From contig CAVUDP010000004.1 of assembly GCA_963740315.1 (NCBI GenBank), positions 672,001-736,000 on the forward strand: DNA of 64,000 nucleotides. The letters are read 5' to 3'. This document shows, piece after piece, positions 58,526 to 64,000 of this stretch; position 1 is the first letter of the stretch; every line of letters starts with the position of its first letter. Position numbers and translations under genes: made by a program. The stretch is from an uncultured cyanobacterium. GTDB lineage: Bacteria; Cyanobacteriota; Cyanobacteriia; Cyanobacteriales; Nostocaceae. The notes under the pieces were generated by a model. The model was not told the origin of the DNA. It did not search any database and saw only the letters and a list, made by a program, of their open reading frames with translations.

Positions 58526-61402
58526 TTATCTTGATTCAGCAGTTTCCACTCGGAAACGTTCCACGGAGGAAATCAAGTCGCGGGATACGCCCACTAGATG
58601 CTGCAAGGCTCCAGATACTCGTTGTGCTTCTTGAGAAGTTTCCTGTGCGGTTAATTCCACCGACTGCATTACTTGAGCAACAGCACGGGATGTTTCCGTT
58701 TGTTCCACAGTATCTGTAGTAATAGAACGCACTAGTATATCGATACGATTCGCAACTTGAATGATGTTTTCCAAGGAACGTTTTGCTTCTTCAGCCAATT
58801 TTGTACCTTTAATAACCTGTTGCGTACCTTCTTCCATTGCAGTCATTACAGAGCCGGTTTCGCTCTGAATTTGCATCACAATTTGTTCGATTTCCTTCAA
58901 AGATTTGGCAGACTTATCGGCAAGCTGACGTACCTCATCCGCAACAATGGCAAAACCCCGTCCCGATTCTCCCGCACGAGCAGCTTCAATACTGGCGTTT
59001 AAGGCTAACAAGTTAGTTCGAGAAGCAATCTGAGAAATCAAAGCGACGATTTTGGAAATTTCCTGGGAAGATTCCGCCAATCGTTTTACCTTACGAGTTG
59101 TTTCAGCAACAGTTTCTCTAATTTCCAAAATACCTGCCACAGTATTTTCCACCGCTTCGCCACCTTTAAGAGCAATTTCGCTCGCGTCGCGGGCTACTGC
59201 TTCGGCTTCTCTAGCAGCTTCGGCTACCCTTTGAATTGAATCAGTCATTACCTGCACGGAATTCAGGGTTACGGCTAATTCTTCTGCTTGTCGTAAAGCA
59301 TCGCTAGATAAAGCTCTGGCAAAAGTTTCGGAATTTGTTGCCCCTTTGGTAACTTCTCTTGCTGCAACCTTTACCTGTTGGACGATATCCCGGAGGTTTT
59401 GAATCGTCAGGTTGAAAGCATCGGCAACCGCTCCAAGTACGTCGGCTGTTACCTCTGCCTGCACCGTTAGATCGCCACGGGCTGCTCCTTCCACATCATC
59501 AAGCAACCGAATTACCTGGCGCTGTAAGTTTTCTTTGGCTTCTTCCTGTTCTTGAGCCTTGCGTGTAGCTTCATGGGTTGTTGTAAAAATCACCCGTGCC
59601 ATTTCATTAAAGCTAGCAGCTAAATGCCCGAATTCATCTTCCGAATAAACTGTGGCTTGAGCGCTCAAATTACCTTTACACACTGAATCGAACTGCGTTT
59701 GCAAATCTTCCGTCGTGCGGCGAACTTGTTTGAGAGTCAGGTGTCCCATTGCTCCTGCGGTAGCAAAACCAGCTGCTCCGGCTGCTAATGCCATTAACCA
59801 TCCCGTATTACGTATGGGTTCTCGCTCTGCTGGCGGACGAAAACTTGTCGCTGCAAAACTGACGACGGCTACTACTAAAGATGAGACAACACCCACCATT
59901 CCAGCAGTTAACCATTGTTTGTTTTTTAAAGGAGCATTTTCTAAGGCTGCAAAAGCTCCTTGTTCGACATTTACTTGAGCTTCTACCTTGGTATTATCAT
60001 TCTGAGTAAAAACTGGAACCGCTTCTTGGGAATTAGCAATACTAAAGAGTTCTGCATCCCTTTCCTCTACAGGAACATCATCTACACTGTCTCCAAATTC
60101 ATCCTCATTAGAACTGCTACTAATTTCGCTAGGAGGTAAGCTTTCTTGAATGTTATCGCCGCTTAAAGCACCATTAGTTCGCAGCGAACCAGAATTAAGC
60201 ATTACATTAGAAAAATCTGGGCTTCCCGCCGATAAATCAAATGCTGAAATATTTCCTAAATCATCAAATTCGTCAAAATCATCTAAGTATTCGATGTTGT
60301 TGGCATTATTGCCGCTGCTATTACTGGCTTTTGCAATACTTTTCGTATCTTCATTGTTAGTAGCAAAATCATCAGCACCAAAGACTTCTTCAAATGCATC
60401 TAAGTCAAAACTGTCATCGCCTATCTGCTGAATTTGTGGCGATTCTACAGCTTCTGGTGATTCTAGCTTATGTTCGTCTAAGTCTTCTTGATTTGCCTTT
60501 TCTTGAGAAAAATTAGGAGGAACATCTTCTAAACTACTTGCTTCTGAGAAAGAATTTTTAACTTGGCTATTATCTACTGAAAATTCATCATTAAAAAAAT
60601 TAGTTGGTAGACTAAAGCTTTCACTTTCCTCTCCAGGATTATCCTCGAAAAATAAATCTTCCTCTTGTAAGCTCCTGCTGGGCGGTAGTTCAGTTTGTGA
60701 AAACGAATTTTGCTTGGAACTATTATCTACTTCTGAATTTGAAAAAGGAGAATATTCCAATTGAGACTCTTTTGAATTATTTTCTGAGCCATCTTGTTGC
60801 CAGAAAGAAGGTAATTCAAGTTCGGGTTTTGAGGTTTCCCCGTCGTTACTTTTAGCAAAAGGATTATCGCCTAAATTATCCTCTTCTAAATTAGGTATAG
60901 CATCAAATATCTGACTATCAGAATCTACATCAAATGGACTCTTTGAAGACGATTCGTTTAACAAACCTGTAATTTCTTCGTCTTCATTTTTATCGAAAGA
61001 AGAAAAAGTGAAGTTATCGCCCTCCGAATTACTACTAGCACTGTAATCGAGCAAATCTTCAATCGGCTTATCTTCCTCATTTGAGGCATGAGCATCGTCA
61101 ACTTCGTAACTTTGAGCATCCGACTCAATTTGATAATTGCTGATATTTTCTAAACCATTACGAGCAAAACCAAGAATTTCTGGATCGCTAGTTAAATTCA
61201 ATACCGCCTGATATGCTTCTTCAGCTATATCAAACTTTTGTAATACATAATACACGTGTCCCTTCAGTAAAAAAACGTTCGGGTCTTGTGTCAAATGCTG
61301 CACTACTTGCTCAATTAGTTTAGCAGCGTCTTCATATTTTTGATTTACGTAGGCTTTGTAAGCCTGCTGATACATTTGTTCGTAATCTATACTTGGTGCC
61401 AT
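58526..61402 (-). CDS. hmpD: Methyl-accepting chemotaxis protein with N-terminal TPR
   Basis: TPR, acidic linker, 2 TM, HAMP, TNLLALNASIEAARAGE.GRGF; start re-called after a GGAGG SD. Confidence 0.88.
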   Translation of the reverse strand: MAPSIDYEQMYQQAYKAYVNQKYEDAAKLIEQVVQHLTQDPNVFLLKGHVYYVLQKFDIAEEAYQAVLNLTSDPEILGFARNGLENISNYQIESDAQSYEVDDAHASNEEDKPIEDLLDYSASSNSEGDNFTFSSFDKNEDEEITGLLNESSSKSPFDVDSDSQIFDAIPNLEEDNLGDNPFAKSNDGETSKPELELPSFWQQDGSENNSKESQLEYSPFSNSEVDNSSKQNSFSQTELPPSRSLQEEDLFFEDNPGEESESFSLPTNFFNDEFSVDNSQVKNSFSEASSLEDVPPNFSQEKANQEDLDEHKLESPEAVESPQIQQIGDDSFDLDAFEEVFGADDFATNNEDTKSIAKASNSSGNNANNIEYLDDFDEFDDLGNISAFDLSAGSPDFSNVMLNSGSLRTNGALSGDNIQESLPPSEISSSSNEDEFGDSVDDVPVEERDAELFSIANSQEAVPVFTQNDNTKVEAQVNVEQGAFAALENAPLKNKQWLTAGMVGVVSSLVVAVVSFAATSFRPPAEREPIRNTGWLMALAAGAAGFATAGAMGHLTLKQVRRTTEDLQTQFDSVCKGNLSAQATVYSEDEFGHLAASFNEMARVIFTTTHEATRKAQEQEEAKENLQRQVIRLLDDVEGAARGDLTVQAEVTADVLGAVADAFNLTIQNLRDIVQQVKVAAREVTKGATNSETFARALSSDALRQAEELAVTLNSVQVMTDSIQRVAEAAREAEAVARDASEIALKGGEAVENTVAGILEIRETVAETTRKVKRLAESSQEISKIVALISQIASRTNLLALNASIEAARAGESGRGFAIVADEVRQLADKSAKSLKEIEQIVMQIQSETGSVMTAMEEGTQQVIKGTKLAEEAKRSLENIIQVANRIDILVRSITTDTVEQTETSRAVAQVMQSVELTAQETSQEAQRVSGALQHLVGVSRDLISSVERFRVETAESR

Positions 61403-61419
61403 TTGTTGCCTCCTTTCGG

Positions 61420-61950
61420 TTATCCAGCCCACCGGGCACTCCGTAAAATTGCCATTTGGTCGAGTAGCAGCAGACACCGAGTTTTTTGGGCATCTGTCAA
61501 CCACTCTCCTTTTAAAAACGGAGCCATACTATCCGGTACGTTGGTAGGCGCACTTAGATGCTGTACATCAAGCCAATCCATACCCCCGATTTCTTCAACT
61601 GCTAAGCCTACTATCGTGTCTTGTTCTTCAATTGCAATTACTGAAATTTCTGCCCTATCCGTATTTAATGGAGTTATTTCTCCAAGAAACTGACCTAAGT
61701 CAGCCACCCAAATTACTCGTCCGCGTAAATTTAGAGTACCCAAAAGTAAGGGAGAAGCATTAGGAATCGGGGTAATTCGATCGGGACTTAATTCAATTAC
61801 CTCCTTAATGCCAGTTGCCGGAAGTGCAAACTCCTGATGCGAAGGAATGAAAAACCTTAAATGTAACTCACCGTCCTTACTTTCTACTTCCAATTCCGGA
61901 CGGAACTCCTCTTGTCCGCTACTTCCGAACAAGTCCGGTTTGCTCTGCAT
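61420..61950 (-). CDS. hmpC: CheW-like protein
   Basis: ITPIPN...LLG..NLRGRV.WV.DL; start re-called at MQSKPD. Confidence 0.88.
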   Translation of the reverse strand: MQSKPDLFGSSGQEEFRPELEVESKDGELHLRFFIPSHQEFALPATGIKEVIELSPDRITPIPNASPLLLGTLNLRGRVIWVADLGQFLGEITPLNTDRAEISVIAIEEQDTIVGLAVEEIGGMDWLDVQHLSAPTNVPDSMAPFLKGEWLTDAQKTRCLLLLDQMAILRSARWAG

Positions 61951-61963
61951 ATCTAAATCATCC

Positions 61964-62329
61964 TTATCCTCGCAGCAGTTGTTTGACTGTTCCCACCAAC
62001 TCAGTTGGCTGAAAAGGTTTGGCGATATAAGCATCCGCCCCTTGCTTCATTCCCCAGTAGCGATCGAATTCTTCCCCTTTGGAAGAACACATTACTACCG
62101 GCACATTTTGAGTTTTGGGATCGGACTTGAGCCGACGACAAACTTCATAACCATTCATTCGGGGCATGACGATATCTAAAACCACTAAATCGGGACAAAT
62201 ACTTTGAATTGTCTGTAGTGCCTCTAGTCCATCCGAAGCGTGAGTGACTGACAAGCCACTTGCTTTTAGGAGGTCTGTAATCATTTCCCTTTGCGCGATA
62301 CTATCTTCCACAATCAAGACTGTACTCAT
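61964..62329 (-). CDS. hmpB: CheY-like response regulator
   Basis: VLIVED, LDIVMP, WGMKQGADAYI.KPF; start re-called at MSTVLIV. Confidence 0.9.
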   Translation of the reverse strand: MSTVLIVEDSIAQREMITDLLKASGLSVTHASDGLEALQTIQSICPDLVVLDIVMPRMNGYEVCRRLKSDPKTQNVPVVMCSSKGEEFDRYWGMKQGADAYIAKPFQPTELVGTVKQLLRG

Positions 62330-62491
62330 AAATGTCTCATTACCTCCCGATGTAGATGTCCCGTGTAGGAACACTCCCTAATCTCCCCAAATCATCTTGT
62401 ATAAAATAACTATTTATTCACGGATTTACTAAGTATTTTGATAATTGGCTTAAATTCCAGTTCGTGATAATATTTTTTACCCTATATTTGC

Positions 62492-63718
62492 TTAAATCAA
62501 CAAGTACCGCATTCTAGGAGTTGGCGATCGCTCGGACTGGTTATTGAGATACTTTCTAATTAACAATAGCAATTCAGTTGACTCGAAAGGCTTTGTTAAA
62601 TAATCTGTAGCCCCTACCATGTTTGCCCTAACTCTATCGATATAGCTACTTTTAGCACTAAGCATAATAATCGGCACGAGGCGAAATGCGCTGGTGTGTC
62701 GCAACATCGCGCAAAGTTGGTAGCCATCCAAATCGGGCATCACAATATCGCATAAAATCAAATGCGGTTGGAGTTGAAAAACCCGGTTGAGTGCCTCTAA
62801 AGGATTAGTAAAGGCGATTGCATTATAGCCTTGGGGTTGCAAAATAGACTGCACCGTCTCGCAAATAACGGCTGCATCATCAATACATACTATGCCTTTT
62901 ATTGATTGATTTTGTTGGGAATGCTGCAAACTCGAATGGTTATGTGTCACGTACTTGTTTTCAATTGATACTATATGTATCAAACCCTGCTGTACGTAAG
63001 GATATATCGCTTTCGCCAGTGTCAAAACATCTCGATTAAGGAAACGAGCCAGCTGACGCAGGGAAGTTTTACCATCCGCCCAATGCTGTAGTTTCTCCAC
63101 CGTAGAAGAAGCCAAAGAGGAACGCAGACGCTCAACATCAGTCAATATAGGACATTGATCGGGAGACTGAATATAAGGATATAGCAGTTTCCACTCTTGC
63201 ACCTGTTTGAAAACTTTGTTGAGTAGAGGAGTAATTTCTATAGTAGTCAGTTGCGGGGTTAGCGGTTTGTCCAACTCAAAAATAAAATTGCCTTCATGTA
63301 AACTCAATAAGTCAAAAAGAGTTTCATGCACCAAGCCGTGGATGATACTACGAGCCTGAATGGGATTAATGATATCTTGTTCCAACAGTCTCCATAAATA
63401 GCCATACTCCGGTGCAAAAAGCGATTTGTCGGAATCCATTGTTGAATGTGTTTCTTCTGCTTGCAGATTAATTCGGTAATACCGCAAGTAATCGCGAAGA
63501 CGGAATACACTGCTATTCGCTTCTTGAGAGTATATTATTTGACCGTTGAGAAAAAAGACAAACCAAGTTCGAGGTAATGATTCCTCAGTATAATATTGGG
63601 CAAATTTATTACCGTTATGCGAACTATAAGCTTCAACAAACAGTAACCCCGTTCGCTGTCCCAACTCAATCAATTGCAGGATACTGCGTATATCAATCTC
63701 ACTTAAATTTCCCTGCAT
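62492..63718 (-). CDS. hmpA: PatA-family response regulator
   Basis: PATAN/DUF4388-like N-terminus (MQGNL.EIDIRSILQL) plus C-terminal receiver; first gene of a patA-cheY-cheW-MCP-cheA cluster. Confidence 0.85.
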   Translation of the reverse strand: MQGNLSEIDIRSILQLIELGQRTGLLFVEAYSSHNGNKFAQYYTEESLPRTWFVFFLNGQIIYSQEANSSVFRLRDYLRYYRINLQAEETHSTMDSDKSLFAPEYGYLWRLLEQDIINPIQARSIIHGLVHETLFDLLSLHEGNFIFELDKPLTPQLTTIEITPLLNKVFKQVQEWKLLYPYIQSPDQCPILTDVERLRSSLASSTVEKLQHWADGKTSLRQLARFLNRDVLTLAKAIYPYVQQGLIHIVSIENKYVTHNHSSLQHSQQNQSIKGIVCIDDAAVICETVQSILQPQGYNAIAFTNPLEALNRVFQLQPHLILCDIVMPDLDGYQLCAMLRHTSAFRLVPIIMLSAKSSYIDRVRANMVGATDYLTKPFESTELLLLIRKYLNNQSERSPTPRMRYLLI

Positions 63719-64000
63719 TTAACAATTAGGCACTCCTTGTTATCTAGTTTACATTCTTTGTTCATTGTGCCCAAGTTTTTCAATAGTTAACACTTATAAA
63801 TGAATAATTAGCTGAAAAAAAAGATAAAAGTAATGGGGACAAGGCTTTTATCTATTTATGTTTTTTATTTATAACTCAGTAGTTATCAAAATATAAGTTT
63901 TTTAAAAAAGTTTCTTGTATTTTTGTGTATATCTACGATCGCAGCATTTCAAAACAAATATTTCTTAACGATCGTGGTGGTGTTGGTAATAATACGGTAG

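Noticed and set aside
53553..63510. Many short antisense or alternate-frame ORFs within hmp genes (and other long CDSs)
   Set aside because: Shadows of codon bias in long genes, with no independent coding evidence

Overview
A chromosomal window from a cyanobacterium. Abundant HIP1 octamers (GCGATCGC), heptamer/nonamer STRR tracts, cphBA and a complete hmp-type chemotaxis locus point to a filamentous, probably heterocystous Nostocales strain (inference). It is mostly core genes: flv1A/flv3A, coaX, argH, larB, ispF, trmD, cphB-cphA, tatA, cbiT, cdsA, rodZ, malQ, queA, dnaG, a TftA-like amidase and hmpA-E. Short accessory patches lie at about 1.6-6.2, 10.2-12.7, 35.5-38.5 and 46.8-53.3 kb. I saw no rRNA, tRNA, CRISPR array, transposase, integrase or reverse transcriptase. 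The most interesting signals are non-coding. (1) The ~325-nt cphB leader is heavily structured, with mutually exclusive helices, a possible pseudoknot and an anti-SD pairing, and a second long stem precedes cphA. (2) At least five families of GTAG-footed REP/REPIN-like palindromes sit at gene 3' ends. They supply stop codons, are amplified into a 50-bp tandem array, accompany a diverged duplicate of a NUDIX gene 3' end, and bracket accessory genes, including a toxin-antitoxin module bounded by a 34-bp direct repeat. (3) An orphan NtcA-type promoter lies in a gene-free gap. All family assignments come from motif recognition by eye; no database searches were run.
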